Below, in pieces: positions 28,041-38,701 of a stretch of 64,000 nucleotides of DNA. The stretch is from NCBI GenBank assembly GCA_963729605.1, contig CAVSNY010000004.1, positions 224,001 through 288,000 of the forward strand. The letters are read 5' to 3'. Numbering within the stretch: position 1 is the first letter of the stretch; each line of letters opens with the position of its first letter. A program made the position numbers and the translations under genes. Source of the stretch: an uncultured Gammaproteobacteria bacterium (lineage in GTDB: Bacteria; Pseudomonadota; Gammaproteobacteria; DRLM01). The notes beneath the pieces were generated by a model. The model was not told the DNA's origin. It saw only the letters and a list, made by a program, of their open reading frames with translations, and did no database searches.

Positions 28041-28976
28041 ATGGATCAACTGGCCGCCATGAGGATGTTCGTCAGGGTCGCAGAGGCGGGGAGTTTCGCC
28101 GCCGTCGCCGCCCAGCTCGGCCTCGCCCGCTCGGTGATCACCCGCCAGATCGCCGCGCTCGAGGCGCGGCTCGGTACCAAACTCATCGCCCGCAGCACGC
28201 GCCGGCTGGCGCTCACCGCCGCCGGCGCGGCGTACCTGGAAAAATGCCGCGAGATCCTGGCGCTGGTCGAGGAAGCGGAGGGCGATTTGTCCGACGCGCG
28301 GCGGGAAATTCGCGGCAGACTGCGCCTGTCGGTGCCGCTGAGTCTCGGCGTGCGTCATCTGATGGCGATGATCTCCGAATTCACCACCCTCCATCCGCGG
28401 CTGAACGTCGAGATCGATTTCACCGACCGCCGCATCGATTTGATCGCCGAGGGCATGGACCTCGCCGTGCGGGTGGCGGCGGAGCTGGACGAGACCGTGG
28501 TCGCGCGCCGTTTGGGAATCTGCCGTTCGGTGGTGGTGGCGTCGCCCGCCTATCTGGCGCGCCACGGCCGGCCCCGCCATCCGCGCGAATTGATCGACCA
28601 CGAATGTTTCGGTTATGTGCCTACCTTACGTTCGAGCTGGCCGTTCATCATCAATCATAAACTGACCTGGGTGCGCACCCACGGCCGCATCCAGGCCAAC
28701 AACGGCGACGCCCTGCTCGACGCCGCGATCCGCGGTCTCGGAATCACCTATCAGCCGACCTTCATCGCCGCGCAGGCCATCGCGGCGGGACAGGTCGAGC
28801 CCATCCTCACCGACTATCCGCCCATCGAAATGAACCTGTACGCGATCTTTCCCGGTGGGCGTTACGTGCCGCATCCGGTGCGGGCGCTGGTGGATTTTCT
28901 GGCCGAACGGGTCGGCGATCAGCCGCCGTGGGATCGCCATGGACCGGATCGACCCGAACCGCCCGGCCGGCTTTAA
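28041..28976 (+). CDS. LysR-family regulator (CrgA-like)
   Basis: HTH FVRVAEAGSFAAVA...LEARLG..L..RSTRRL; DLIAEGMDLAVR; divergent from the oxidoreductase operon. Confidence 0.95.
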   Translation: MDQLAAMRMFVRVAEAGSFAAVAAQLGLARSVITRQIAALEARLGTKLIARSTRRLALTAAGAAYLEKCREILALVEEAEGDLSDARREIRGRLRLSVPLSLGVRHLMAMISEFTTLHPRLNVEIDFTDRRIDLIAEGMDLAVRVAAELDETVVARRLGICRSVVVASPAYLARHGRPRHPRELIDHECFGYVPTLRSSWPFIINHKLTWVRTHGRIQANNGDALLDAAIRGLGITYQPTFIAAQAIAAGQVEPILTDYPPIEMNLYAIFPGGRYVPHPVRALVDFLAERVGDQPPWDRHGPDRPEPPGRL

Positions 28977-29073
28977 TCTTAAAATTCCCCGCGGCAAGCC
29001 GCGGGGAGCAAGCGATGAGAGATATTTCAAGGAGGGGCGAGTCTGGCGAGGGGCGCGATTCTCCCCCTTGAGC
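28973..29073 (+). repeat. Repeat family B copy
   Basis: TTAATCTTAAAATTCCCCGCGGCAAGCCGCGGGG...GAGGGGCGCGATTCTCCCCCTTGAGC; begins at the LysR stop codon. Confidence 0.65.
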
Positions 29074-29362
29074 TGGCGGCCGTTTCGCGAGGGCATCGAT
29101 GTCCATCGTTTGTAGGGCGGCCATGACGACGGGCTGGCGGCCTTGTTGCGTTACCAGCCGGGCGCCACGGCGCCACTGCATGTCCACGAAGGTATCGAAC
29201 ATATTTTGGCAGTGAGCGGCGGCGCCAGTCCGGCGAGCACGGCCCTTACGCGGTGGCTTCTTGCTGATCAGCCCACCGGCTTCCAGGCATCGCGTCACCA
29301 GCGCCGAGGGCCGCATCATGCCGGCGATCTGGCAACGCCCCGTGCGTTTCTGGATCGACTGA
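29068..29362 (+). pseudogene. ChrR-like cupin pseudogene
   Basis: LSWRPFREGIDVHRL*GGHDDGLAALLRYQPGATAPLHVHEGIEHILAVSG, then out-of-frame LLISPPASRHRVTSAEG..AIWQRPVRF; TAG at 29113-29115 and frameshifts; 5' end replaced by repeat B. Confidence 0.75.
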
Positions 29363-29426
29363 GGGGCTTGGCTTGCCCGGCGCTTCCATCCCCCGCAAAT
29401 CGCAACGAGGACTTCAAGCCGATTAA

Positions 29427-29574
29427 GAAAGCTCTGAATAATGGCATCCTGGAAGTTTCAGAGCACGGGAAGCGAAAATGTGGTTTCGCTGCCCTGCATT
29501 TTCGATGGTTAACGCCGTTGAAAATGGCGGCACATCCGTGTGTCGCGTGCATCTCTGAATAAATCAGAGGTTCC
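29427..29574 (-). mobile_element. MITE-like element family A, copy 4 (148 bp, flanked by TTAA)
   Basis: TTAA at 29423-29426 and 29575-29578; ends GAAAGCTCTGAATAA...AATCAGAGGTTCC. Confidence 0.75.
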
Positions 29575-29670
29575 TTAACGGTCCTCGGGAACTAAATCAT
29601 CGCACGTGGGTGCTCGCGCCCCCGATGCTCAAGTCGATTTTGAGAGAGTTCTCATCATCTTCTCCGCGCT

Positions 29671-29698
29671 TAAAGCTTCAAGACGGCATTGCCGTTAT
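29671..29698 (+). promoter_or_regulatory. Possible sigma-28-type promoter for the kinase-GTPase-ATPase operon
   Basis: TAAAG-N15-GCCGTTAT, ~80 nt upstream of ATG 29781 (spacer 1 nt long, -10 mismatches). Confidence 0.35.
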
Positions 29699-29780
29699 CC
29701 GTCCTGGGCATCACCCGTTTTCCGATGGGACGGGATGCTTAACTGTGGTTAGAAGACGCTGTTAATCCAGGCATATTAGG

Positions 29781-31211
29781 ATGGAGAGCATGGACACCGA
29801 TCAAATAGAAGTTTCATGGGTTGAAGAACTGTTCAGGCTCGGTGCCGACATGGTCCGGGAAAAACCAGCGACGGTATTGGGCCGGCTTCTGTCGCACACC
29901 GTCGCGGGTTTTAAGTCTTCCAGCGGTTGCTTGGCCTTGCTGGGGGAAGATCAGCAGAGTTTGAGTATCGTCGCCGGCGTGGATTTGCCGCCGCATCTGA
30001 TCGGCCACAGCATTCGCCATGGCGAGGGGATCATCGGCCGGGTCGCCGCGTCCCGCCAGCCGCTTTTATTGGAGGGCGATATCTCCAAAGACCCGCGCTA
30101 CAGGGAGGCGGTCGAAAAACGTGAGCGGCCGCGGCCGGCCTCGGCGCTGTGTTTGCCCCTGCAATTGGAGCAGCGCCTGTTCGGCGTGGTGACCCTCAAT
30201 CGGTCCAGCGGCATGTCCTCATTCACCGAAGCGGATGTCCGGCGCGGCCAAGCGGCGGCCAATCTCATGACCCTGGTGATGCATAACGCCAGGTCGCAGG
30301 CGGTCCAGCAGCAGAAAATCCGCGAATTGGAAATATTGAACGGCGAAGTCAGCGCGATGAATCGCCGTCTTGAAAGCGCCCACAGCGAACTGACTCACGC
30401 GGAGAAGATGATCGCGATCGGGCGCCTGGCCGCCGGGGTCGCTCATGGAATCAATAATCCGGCGAGTTATGTCAATTCCAATCTCTATACCCTGCACGGT
30501 TATATGGATGACTTGTTTGCCCTGCTGGATGCCTACGCCGAACTGGACGGCGTATTTCCCGAACACGAGGCGGTGAAGGCGATCCACGCCTTGAAGCAAC
30601 GTATCGATCTCGCTTATCTCAAGGGCGATAGCGCCGATCTGCTCCGGGAATCCCAGGAAGGCGTCGAACGGATACGACTAATCGTGTGCGATCTTCAGCA
30701 ATTTTCCCAAGCGGAAAGCACCGCCTGGCAATGGGTCGATCTGCATCAAGGCATGGAGAGTGCCCTCAATCTCTTCCGCAACGAGATCAAATGCAAGGCC
30801 GACGTCGTCAAGGAATACGGCGATCTGCCGCCGGTGAAATGCATCCCCTCGCAAATCAATCAGGTGTTCATTAGCCTGTTGCTGAACGCGCTGCAGGCCA
30901 TCGAAGGCCAGGGCGTCATCACCGTGCGCAGCGGCGTCGAATCCGCATGGATCTGGTTCGAGGTGCAGGATAACGGTAAAGGTATCGCGCCCGACCATGT
31001 GCATCACATCTTCGAACCCTTCTTTACCACCAATCCGGTCGGCAAGGGTACCGGTCTTGGCTTGTCGGTATCCTGGAATATCGTCTCCAGGCACGGCGGG
31101 TGTTTCGAAGTAAAAAGCGTATTGGGAGAAGGATCCCGATTTCGAGTCTGTTTACCCCGCGCCGGCACCGCGGTCGCTGAAATAGCGAGCGATAAGGCGA
31201 CCCCTTCGTGA
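29781..31211 (+). CDS. GAF-domain cytoplasmic histidine kinase (H-box HGINNP)
   Basis: GAF (GEGIIGRVA, SALCLPL), [38 protein letters not shown]. Confidence 0.92.
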   Translation: MESMDTDQIEVSWVEELFRLGADMVREKPATVLGRLLSHTVAGFKSSSGCLALLGEDQQSLSIVAGVDLPPHLIGHSIRHGEGIIGRVAASRQPLLLEGDISKDPRYREAVEKRERPRPASALCLPLQLEQRLFGVVTLNRSSGMSSFTEADVRRGQAAANLMTLVMHNARSQAVQQQKIRELEILNGEVSAMNRRLESAHSELTHAEKMIAIGRLAAGVAHGINNPASYVNSNLYTLHGYMDDLFALLDAYAELDGVFPEHEAVKAIHALKQRIDLAYLKGDSADLLRESQEGVERIRLIVCDLQQFSQAESTAWQWVDLHQGMESALNLFRNEIKCKADVVKEYGDLPPVKCIPSQINQVFISLLLNALQAIEGQGVITVRSGVESAWIWFEVQDNGKGIAPDHVHHIFEPFFTTNPVGKGTGLGLSVSWNIVSRHGGCFEVKSVLGEGSRFRVCLPRAGTAVAEIASDKATPS

Positions 31212-34144
31212 TGTTCGAGGTGGCGCCGCGCCACTCCCTTCCCAAGGCACTGCGGGGAATCGTGTGCCTGATTTTCATGATCGCCCTGGTCATGGCCGGT
31301 TATTCCATCTGGCTGACCACTTCGATCGTCGATCGCCATGCCGCGCTCTTGAAACTCAGCGAAAGCATGCGCGATCACGCGAACTCGCTTTATCGCAGAC
31401 TGGTCATCGCCGAAAGCGACGGTTATGAATACGCGAGTGTGCTCGCTTTGGTGGACGCAGAGCTTCGGCTGGTGCATATCGGCTTGGAGGGCGGCGGTAC
31501 CGACGAAGTGATCCTGCATGCGGTGCGCAACGCCGATTTGCGCGAGGACTTGAAAAACATCCACGATCTGTTGAGGCCATGGCGAGATCGACTGGCGCTG
31601 CTCGCGCCGGAGAAAAATGCCTTGTACAAGGCGCGGCCGGACGACATTTCCTTATCCGACGATTTGCTGATCCTGGTCGATGCCATGGCGGCGGACGTGC
31701 AAACCGTCATCGTCAAAGACGGCCGCCGCTTGATCTGGACCAATGCGATTACCTTGCTCGTGTTGCTGACCTTGTTCGCCTATATCCTGCTACGCAGGCG
31801 GCGTTATCAGCGGGGTATCGTCACGCGCGCGCAGGAACTCGATGAACTGGTGGGTCGGCGTACCATGGAGTTGCAACAAGCCCTCGACAATAATGCCGAA
31901 CAGATGGCGGCCTTGCGTGTGGCCAATATCCGTATTCTCGCCATGGACGAGGTCTTTAATAAATTGCGGGAGATCGCCCAGCGATTATTCATGGATCGCG
32001 ATTATCCGGCTTTTTATAAAGAGGTGATCGCCGATGTCATGAAGATGACCGACGCCCGCGGCGGCGTGGTGCATTTGCTGGCTGGCGAAGACCGCGCCGC
32101 GGCGGTTTTTTCCCGCAATATGCCTGAAGAGCGGATAAACGATATTGAAGATGCGCTGCGGCGTCGAGATCTTTGGGAACACATTTGCCGCGAGAAAAAA
32201 ATCGTGCGCCTGGATGCGCTGGCGGCGAGTGACGGCATCGCCGAGGACGCGGCGCCGGGTCTGCTGGGCGTGCCCTTGGTGGTCAAGCAGACGGTTTTCG
32301 GAATCCTGTATTTAGTGGAAGGGGGAAAGCCTTTTTCCGATAACGACGAAATCGCCCTCGGCATGTATGCGCGCGAACTCACCCAAGTGCTGGACCATCA
32401 GCGGCTGATGGAGGCGCTGGAACGCGACAACGCCGAGCGCCGCGTCGCCGAAGACAGCCTGGCCCAGGCCCGGGCGCGTATTCAATCGCTGATCGATAAC
32501 AGTCCGGCGCTCATCTATAGTTGCCGGCCCGACGACTTCGCGCTCACTTATATGAGCGACAATATCGAACGTATTTTCGGCGCCCGCGCGGCGGATTTCA
32601 TCGGCGATGCCAGCTTGTGGATGGAACGCGTGCATCCGGACGATTTGCCGATGGTGATGGCCAAGTCGCAGGACTTGATGGCGAACGGGGAAAGGGTCTT
32701 GGAATGCCGGGCGCTGCGTAACGACGGTGAATATTGCTGGATACGCGATAACGCGCGGGTGGTATGCGACGCCGCCGGCCGGCCGGTGGAAATTCTGGGG
32801 GTGGTGACCGACATCACTGAATATAAATTGGCGGAACAGGCGATGCGTACGATGGAAGCCTCCGCGCAGGCGACATTGGATGGATTATCCAGCCGCATCG
32901 TGTTGCTCAACGAGCGTGGCGAAATCATCGCCGTCAACGCGGCGTGGCGCGCCTGCGCCGAAAGTCCGGACAGTCTTTGGTGCGGCGGCTGCGTCGGTAT
33001 CGATTATTTGGAGCTGGCGCGCCAACGGTCCGGCCAAATCGCGATTCAGGACGGGGAAACCGCCGTGGCGCAGGGTCTTTCGGCACTGATGGCGGGACAG
33101 TGCCAAGAGTATTATCTCGAATATCTGCACGCGGCCGTTTCCGGCGCACGCTGGTACGCTTTGCATGCCACGCGTTTTCAAAACGCCGCCGATCTGCGCA
33201 TCGTGATTTCCGAGCAAGACATCACTCAGCGTAAATTGGCCGAGGCCGAACTCCGACAGCAGCATGCCGCTTTGCAAAGCATCAACAGCCGTTTGGAAAT
33301 GGCGAATCTGCAATTGCTGCAATCGGATAAAATGGCGGCGATCGGCCAGTTGGCCGCCGGAGTCGCCCATGAAATCAATAATCCGGTGGGTTACGTCAGT
33401 TCCAATCTGAGCAGCCTGCAACATTATGTCGATGATTTATTCCGGGTGATACGGGCCTATGAAGAGATTGAACCGGCTTTGCCGGAGCAAGGCGAGGCGT
33501 GGCGGGCCCTTCAGGCCGTCAAGAACGAGGTGGATTTGAATTTTCTCATGGAAGACGTCGTGAGTCTGCTTGGTGAATCGCAGGAGGGTGTGGCGCGGGT
33601 GCGGGATATCGTGCAAAACCTCAAGAGTTTTTCCCATGTCGACGAGCAGGTCTGGGAATGGAACGATCTGCATAAGGGATTGGACAGTACTTTGAACATC
33701 GTCCACAACGAACTCAAATACAAGGCGCAGGTGATCAAGGAATACGGCGACCTGCCGCTGATCGAATGCCGTTTGTCCCAGCTCAATCAGGTATTCATGA
33801 ATCTATTGGTCAATGCGGCGCAAGCCATCGAAGAGCGGGGAACCATTTGGATACGGACCGGTGTCGAAGGCGAGACGGTGTGGGTCGAGATCGAGGACAC
33901 CGGCAAGGGTATTTCGCCGGAACAACTGGGCCGGATCTTCGAGCCGTTTTTCACGACTAAACCGGTGGGCAAAGGTACCGGCCTCGGTCTGTCGCTCTCC
34001 TACGACATCGTCGCCAAACACGGCGGGCGTATCGACGTGAAGAGCACGCCGGGCAAAGGCAGCTGCTTTCGCATTTATTTATCCCGCTGCCGTCCGTCCG
34101 GCGAGGAAATCCGCGTGACGGCGCCCGAGGCATTGGAAAGGTGA
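31208..34144 (+). CDS. Membrane histidine kinase: 2TM-GAF-PAS-PAS-HisKA-HATPase
   Basis: Two TMs, GAF (LLGVPL), PAS/PAC (VHPDD, DITE, DITQ), [29 protein letters not shown]. Confidence 0.95.
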   Translation: MMFEVAPRHSLPKALRGIVCLIFMIALVMAGYSIWLTTSIVDRHAALLKLSESMRDHANSLYRRLVIAESDGYEYASVLALVDAELRLVHIGLEGGGTDEVILHAVRNADLREDLKNIHDLLRPWRDRLALLAPEKNALYKARPDDISLSDDLLILVDAMAADVQTVIVKDGRRLIWTNAITLLVLLTLFAYILLRRRRYQRGIVTRAQELDELVGRRTMELQQALDNNAEQMAALRVANIRILAMDEVFNKLREIAQRLFMDRDYPAFYKEVIADVMKMTDARGGVVHLLAGEDRAAAVFSRNMPEERINDIEDALRRRDLWEHICREKKIVRLDALAASDGIAEDAAPGLLGVPLVVKQTVFGILYLVEGGKPFSDNDEIALGMYARELTQVLDHQRLMEALERDNAERRVAEDSLAQARARIQSLIDNSPALIYSCRPDDFALTYMSDNIERIFGARAADFIGDASLWMERVHPDDLPMVMAKSQDLMANGERVLECRALRNDGEYCWIRDNARVVCDAAGRPVEILGVVTDITEYKLAEQAMRTMEASAQATLDGLSSRIVLLNERGEIIAVNAAWRACAESPDSLWCGGCVGIDYLELARQRSGQIAIQDGETAVAQGLSALMAGQCQEYYLEYLHAAVSGARWYALHATRFQNAADLRIVISEQDITQRKLAEAELRQQHAALQSINSRLEMANLQLLQSDKMAAIGQLAAGVAHEINNPVGYVSSNLSSLQHYVDDLFRVIRAYEEIEPALPEQGEAWRALQAVKNEVDLNFLMEDVVSLLGESQEGVARVRDIVQNLKSFSHVDEQVWEWNDLHKGLDSTLNIVHNELKYKAQVIKEYGDLPLIECRLSQLNQVFMNLLVNAAQAIEERGTIWIRTGVEGETVWVEIEDTGKGISPEQLGRIFEPFFTTKPVGKGTGLGLSLSYDIVAKHGGRIDVKSTPGKGSCFRIYLSRCRPSGEEIRVTAPEALER

Positions 34145-34248
34145 ATGATGAGTGCCGTTGATCGAGCGCGAACCGGGTATCGCGGGCCGGGGCGGATCGC
34201 GCCGCGCCTCGAGCGGCGCGCTGTCCGTGCGGCGGTCGAGCGCTAGCG

Positions 34249-34911
34249 ATGGCGGAATTCGACGAAGCCGCCCGGCGTTTGACCATCAAGCTGGTTTATT
34301 ACGGCCCGGCCCTCAGCGGCAAGACCACCAATCTCATCCGTCTGCACGACATGCTGCGGCCGGAGTTGAAAGGCGAGATGATGACCTTGGAAACCCGCAA
34401 TGACCGTACCTTGTTTTTCGATCTTCTGCCCTTGGGATTTCGCGCGCCTTCCGGTTTGCTGGTGAAGTTCAAACTGTATACCGTGCCCGGCCAGGTGGCC
34501 CACGACAGCACCCGCAAGGCGGTGTTGTCGCGCGCCGACGGCGTGGTGTTCGTCGCCGATTCCCAGCGTTCGCAAGGCGTGAACAACGCCGAGGCCTTTC
34601 AGAATCTGGCGGACAACGCTCAACGGGTGGGCCTGGATTTCGCCAGCCTGCCCTTGGTGGTGCAGTTCAACAAGCGCGATCTGCTCGACGGCGTCAGCGA
34701 AGAGGAGGTGGCGGCGCGCTGGGCGGCGACGCCGTGGCCGGTGATTTACGCCACCGCCATCAAAGGACTGGGAGTGCGCGAGACCTTTCGCTGCTTATTG
34801 GGCAAGGTGTATGAACTTATCGACCGTCAACATCAACTGGCGACGGCGCATGGCATGAGCGGTACCGCCTTCGTGAAGGCGGCGGAGGAGAGCGATGGCG
34901 AGCGTACGTGA
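34249..34911 (+). CDS. MglA/SofG-like small Ras-like GTPase
   Basis: IKLVYYGPALSGKTTN (G1), DRTLFFD (G2 with Arg finger), YTVPGQV (G3), ADGVVFVADS, QFNKRD (G4), ATA (G5). Confidence 0.92.
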   Translation: MAEFDEAARRLTIKLVYYGPALSGKTTNLIRLHDMLRPELKGEMMTLETRNDRTLFFDLLPLGFRAPSGLLVKFKLYTVPGQVAHDSTRKAVLSRADGVVFVADSQRSQGVNNAEAFQNLADNAQRVGLDFASLPLVVQFNKRDLLDGVSEEEVAARWAATPWPVIYATAIKGLGVRETFRCLLGKVYELIDRQHQLATAHGMSGTAFVKAAEESDGERT

Positions 34912-36142
34912 TGCGGGCGACGGGTTGACCGAGTGGTGTTTCGACCGCGATCTGACCCTCAGTGAATTGCTGACCGGCGTGGACGGCGGGCGTTTGTTCG
35001 ACGCGTTGAAGATCCTGCTCGCGGCGCCGCTGCGCCTGGTGGATACCGAGGATCAGGTGTTGTTGGGGACCGACGTGCCCGCCGCGGCGCGGCGAGTGGT
35101 GATCAAGGGTGAACTGGAGCCGCTCGGTTATCTGGAGGCCCTCGCCCCGGAAGAGGCCTTGCGCGCCGCCGCGCAGTTGCTGGAAATCATTCTGCGCGGC
35201 GCGGCGCGTTATCAAATGGCGTCGGACCTGCATCTCGAGGCGGTGAGCGAGGATTACCGCGAATTGCAACGCCGCCACGACGCCTTGCAGATGTCCGAGG
35301 CGCGCTACCGCGCCTTGACGGCGACCTTGGAACAACAAGTGGCCGCGCAGGTGCAGACCATCGACAACGCCCGCCGCCAGCTCTATCAATCGGAAAAACT
35401 CGCCGCGGTCGGCCAGCTCGCGGCGGGCGTGGCCCATGAAATCAACAATCCCATCGGTTTCATCAGCAGCAACCTGTCCACGGCCCTCGCCTATTTGACC
35501 AAGCTCGATGAATTCGGCGGGCGCCTCGCCGAACACGGGACGGCGCCGTTGCGAACGGCCTGGCGCGAGGCGGATCTGGATTATGTGCTCAAGGACTTTT
35601 CCGCGCTGATGCAAGAATCCTTGGACGGCGCGCGCCGGGTGACGCGCATCGTGGCCGATCTCAAAGGGTTCTCGCGAGTGGATAGCGCCGCGGTCGCGCC
35701 GGCGGACGTCAACGAGATCATCCGCGGGATGTGCAATGTCAGCCGCGGTCAGACCGAGGGTCGGGTCGAGTTGGTATTGGATCTGAGTCCGCTGCCGATA
35801 CTGGAATGTAACGCCGCCGCCTTGGGTCAGGTGTTCTACAATTTACTCAGTAACGCCGCGCAGGCGATGGAGGGCCAGCCGGCGGCTCGTCTGCGGATCG
35901 CCACCGTCCAGCGCGGGGGAGAGATCGTAATCACGCTGGCGGACAACGGCCCCGGCATTCCCGCCGAGGTGTTGCCGCGGATCTTCGATCCGTTCTTCAC
36001 CACCAAGGACGTGGGGCAGGGCACGGGACTCGGCTTGACGGTGTGTACCGATGTCGTGCACGCCCATCGGGGCCGCATCACCGTCCAGAGCCGTGAAAAC
36101 GTGGGGACTGAATTCACGGTGTATTTACCGCTGCCGGGTTGA
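34895..36142 (+). CDS. Cytoplasmic histidine kinase with uncharacterised N-terminal domain and coiled coil
   Basis: [52 protein letters not shown]; overlaps the GTPase stop by 17 nt. Confidence 0.93.
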   Translation: MASVRDAGDGLTEWCFDRDLTLSELLTGVDGGRLFDALKILLAAPLRLVDTEDQVLLGTDVPAAARRVVIKGELEPLGYLEALAPEEALRAAAQLLEIILRGAARYQMASDLHLEAVSEDYRELQRRHDALQMSEARYRALTATLEQQVAAQVQTIDNARRQLYQSEKLAAVGQLAAGVAHEINNPIGFISSNLSTALAYLTKLDEFGGRLAEHGTAPLRTAWREADLDYVLKDFSALMQESLDGARRVTRIVADLKGFSRVDSAAVAPADVNEIIRGMCNVSRGQTEGRVELVLDLSPLPILECNAAALGQVFYNLLSNAAQAMEGQPAARLRIATVQRGGEIVITLADNGPGIPAEVLPRIFDPFFTTKDVGQGTGLGLTVCTDVVHAHRGRITVQSRENVGTEFTVYLPLPG

Positions 36143-36214
36143 ATCAGCCGGAAACGCGACAGCGGTACCGCACTACGACTACTACGCCAATCGGGAACCG
36201 ATTTCGAGATCGCC

Positions 36215-38458
36215 ATGTCACGTTATGCCTCCTTATTCACCGACGCCTCGGCGCCGCCGCCCGAGTCCAGTCCGCCGGACGTGACCTATCGCATCCTGCT
36301 GGTGGACGACGAGCCCAATGTGCTGCGCGCCCTGCGGCGGGTGTTTCATCGCGAGCATTACGAGATCGTCACCGCCGCCGACGGCAATCAGGCCCTCGCC
36401 CTGCTCGCCGAGCGGGAATTCCAGCTCATCATCTCCGATTACATGATGCCCGGCCTCAACGGCGCCGAGCTGCTGAAACGCGCCAAGAACATGCGGCCCG
36501 ATATGATCCGCATCATGCTCACCGGCCATGCCGACGCCGGCGCGGTGATGGGCGCGGTCAACGAGGGCGCGGTCTATAAATTCATACTCAAACCCTGGAA
36601 CGACGACGATCTGCGGGTGACCACGGCCTTGGCCCTGGAGCAATATGATCTGATCCAGCGCAATCGCCGTTTGCAGAGCGAGAATACCAAGCAGGGCCAA
36701 GAGATCACCCGGCTCAGCAAACTGACGGTCACCAACCGCAGCCAGTTGGCGATCATGCTGCACAAGCGCGGCCTGCTCAACGACGCCCAGGTGCAGGAGC
36801 TGTATAAGCTGTATCAAGTCCGTAAAGAACCTTTGATCAAGCTGCTGTTGGAGAAGGGCTGGGTGGAGGAGCGGGCGATACGCGCCATTCTGCGCAAGGA
36901 CCTGATGGTGGACGAGGTGCAACTCGCCGAGTTCCAGGTCGATCCGGCGGTGACGGTGCTGCTGCCGCGCAGTTTTTGCGAACGGCAATGGGTGATCCCG
37001 CTCAAGCTGCAAGGACGGCGGCTGATGCTGGCGGTCGCCGATCCGATGGACCAGGGCCTGGTGGACGATCTGCGTTTCATCTCCGGTTTGGAGGTGCAGC
37101 CGGTGATGGCCGACGTGGCCGCCATCCAGGCCAAGATCAAGGAGGTCTACGGCGACCGCGACGACACGTCGCTCGTCGAGCTGAATACCGTGGTGGGATC
37201 GAGCGATCCGCTCGACACCATCGAGATCGTGATTGAAGACGAGGAAGACGTCGCGCTGGACGAACTGCTGCGCAGCACCGAGGAGCCGCCGGCCATCCGT
37301 CTAGTAAACGCGGTGATCCTCGAGGCCCTGCGCATGGGGGTGAGCGATATCCACATTCAACCCCGCACCAAAAACGTGGTGGTGCGTTACCGCCTCGACG
37401 GCGTGCTCACCGACAAGATTCAGATACCCCATTATCTCTATCCGTCCCTGGTGTCGCGCATCAAGATCATGGCGGAGCTCAACATCGCCGAGCGGCGGCG
37501 CCCGCAGGACGGCCGCATCGCGGTGAAGACGCCGAACCGTATCGTCGATCTGCGCATCTCGACCTTGCCGACCATCAACGGCGAGAAGATCGTGATGCGT
37601 ATCCTCGACCGCAATTCGGCGATCCATCGCATCGAGGAACTGGGTTTCGCGGCGAACGATCTGGACAAGGTGCTGGCCATGGTCACCCGGCCGCAGGGCA
37701 TCATACTCGCCACCGGTCCCACCGGCAGCGGCAAGACCACCACTTTGTATTCTTTGTTGCAGCACGACGCGACGCCGACCAAGAACTACATCACCATCGA
37801 AGACCCGGTGGAGTATTACCTCGACATGGCCGGCCAGGTCCATGTGCGCGAGAAAATCGTGGATTTCGCGGGGATACTCCGCGCGGTGCTGCGCCAGGAT
37901 CCGGACGTGATACTGCTGGGCGAGATCCGCGACACCGCGACCGCCGACGTGGCGTTTCAAGGCGCGCTCACCGGCCATCTGGTGTATTCGACACTGCACA
38001 CCAATTCCGCGGCGGCCACCATCGCCCGCCTCTTCGACCTCGGTCTCAAGCCTTATGTGGTGGCGTCCGCGCTGGAAGGCATCATCGCCCAACGGCTGGT
38101 GCGGCGCATCTGTCCCGAATGCCGCGAGCCCGCGGCGGCGGAGCCGACCCTGCGGCGCCGGCTGGGTGCGTTGTTCACGGAAGAGCTGACCGCCAGCTTC
38201 CGTGGTCGCGGCTGCGGCCATTGTCACAACAGCGGTTATCGCGGCCGTTTGCCCCTCTACGAGGTCTTGGTGCCCGACGATGAATTGCGCCATCTGATCG
38301 GTAGTGGCGCCACGGTCCTGGATCTGACGCGACTCGCCCGCCGGCGCGGCGCCGGCAGTTTGCTGGAAGACGCCCAGCGCAAGGCCAACGCCGGCTTGAC
38401 CACCTTCGAAGAAGTCCTGCGGGTCTTGGGCGCGCAGTCCCCGGAGACCGTGATCTAG
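36215..38458 (+). CDS. Receiver-domain-fused PilB/GspE-family ATPase
   Basis: REC (VDDE, ISDYMMP, LTG, KPW); N1/MshEN-like region; [14 protein letters not shown], Walker [47 protein letters not shown]...CGHC. Confidence 0.95.
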   Translation: MSRYASLFTDASAPPPESSPPDVTYRILLVDDEPNVLRALRRVFHREHYEIVTAADGNQALALLAEREFQLIISDYMMPGLNGAELLKRAKNMRPDMIRIMLTGHADAGAVMGAVNEGAVYKFILKPWNDDDLRVTTALALEQYDLIQRNRRLQSENTKQGQEITRLSKLTVTNRSQLAIMLHKRGLLNDAQVQELYKLYQVRKEPLIKLLLEKGWVEERAIRAILRKDLMVDEVQLAEFQVDPAVTVLLPRSFCERQWVIPLKLQGRRLMLAVADPMDQGLVDDLRFISGLEVQPVMADVAAIQAKIKEVYGDRDDTSLVELNTVVGSSDPLDTIEIVIEDEEDVALDELLRSTEEPPAIRLVNAVILEALRMGVSDIHIQPRTKNVVVRYRLDGVLTDKIQIPHYLYPSLVSRIKIMAELNIAERRRPQDGRIAVKTPNRIVDLRISTLPTINGEKIVMRILDRNSAIHRIEELGFAANDLDKVLAMVTRPQGIILATGPTGSGKTTTLYSLLQHDATPTKNYITIEDPVEYYLDMAGQVHVREKIVDFAGILRAVLRQDPDVILLGEIRDTATADVAFQGALTGHLVYSTLHTNSAAATIARLFDLGLKPYVVASALEGIIAQRLVRRICPECREPAAAEPTLRRRLGALFTEELTASFRGRGCGHCHNSGYRGRLPLYEVLVPDDELRHLIGSGATVLDLTRLARRRGAGSLLEDAQRKANAGLTTFEEVLRVLGAQSPETVI

Positions 38459-38701
38459 CGCCGCGACATCATTCGCGCACGCCCGGCGGTCCTCTCATTC
38501 GGTTGAATGTCACTGTCCGCATCCCCCTTGGCCAGCGTCGTTCTGGTAAAAATACGCGGACACACCGCGCCTGTGACCGCCGTCGCGACGCCCGCGCCTT
38601 CCGCCGCCGCGATCTTGTATACTCCGGGGGCGTATCAGCAAGGCACCGGCAACGGATGCGAGTGGCGCTCTCGCCACCTCAACACAGGGAAGGATGAACC
38701 T

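Noticed and set aside
34145-34246. 33-aa ORF between the kinase and the GTPase, considered as an MglB remnant
   Set aside because: Arg-rich, too short, and no roadblock-like pattern
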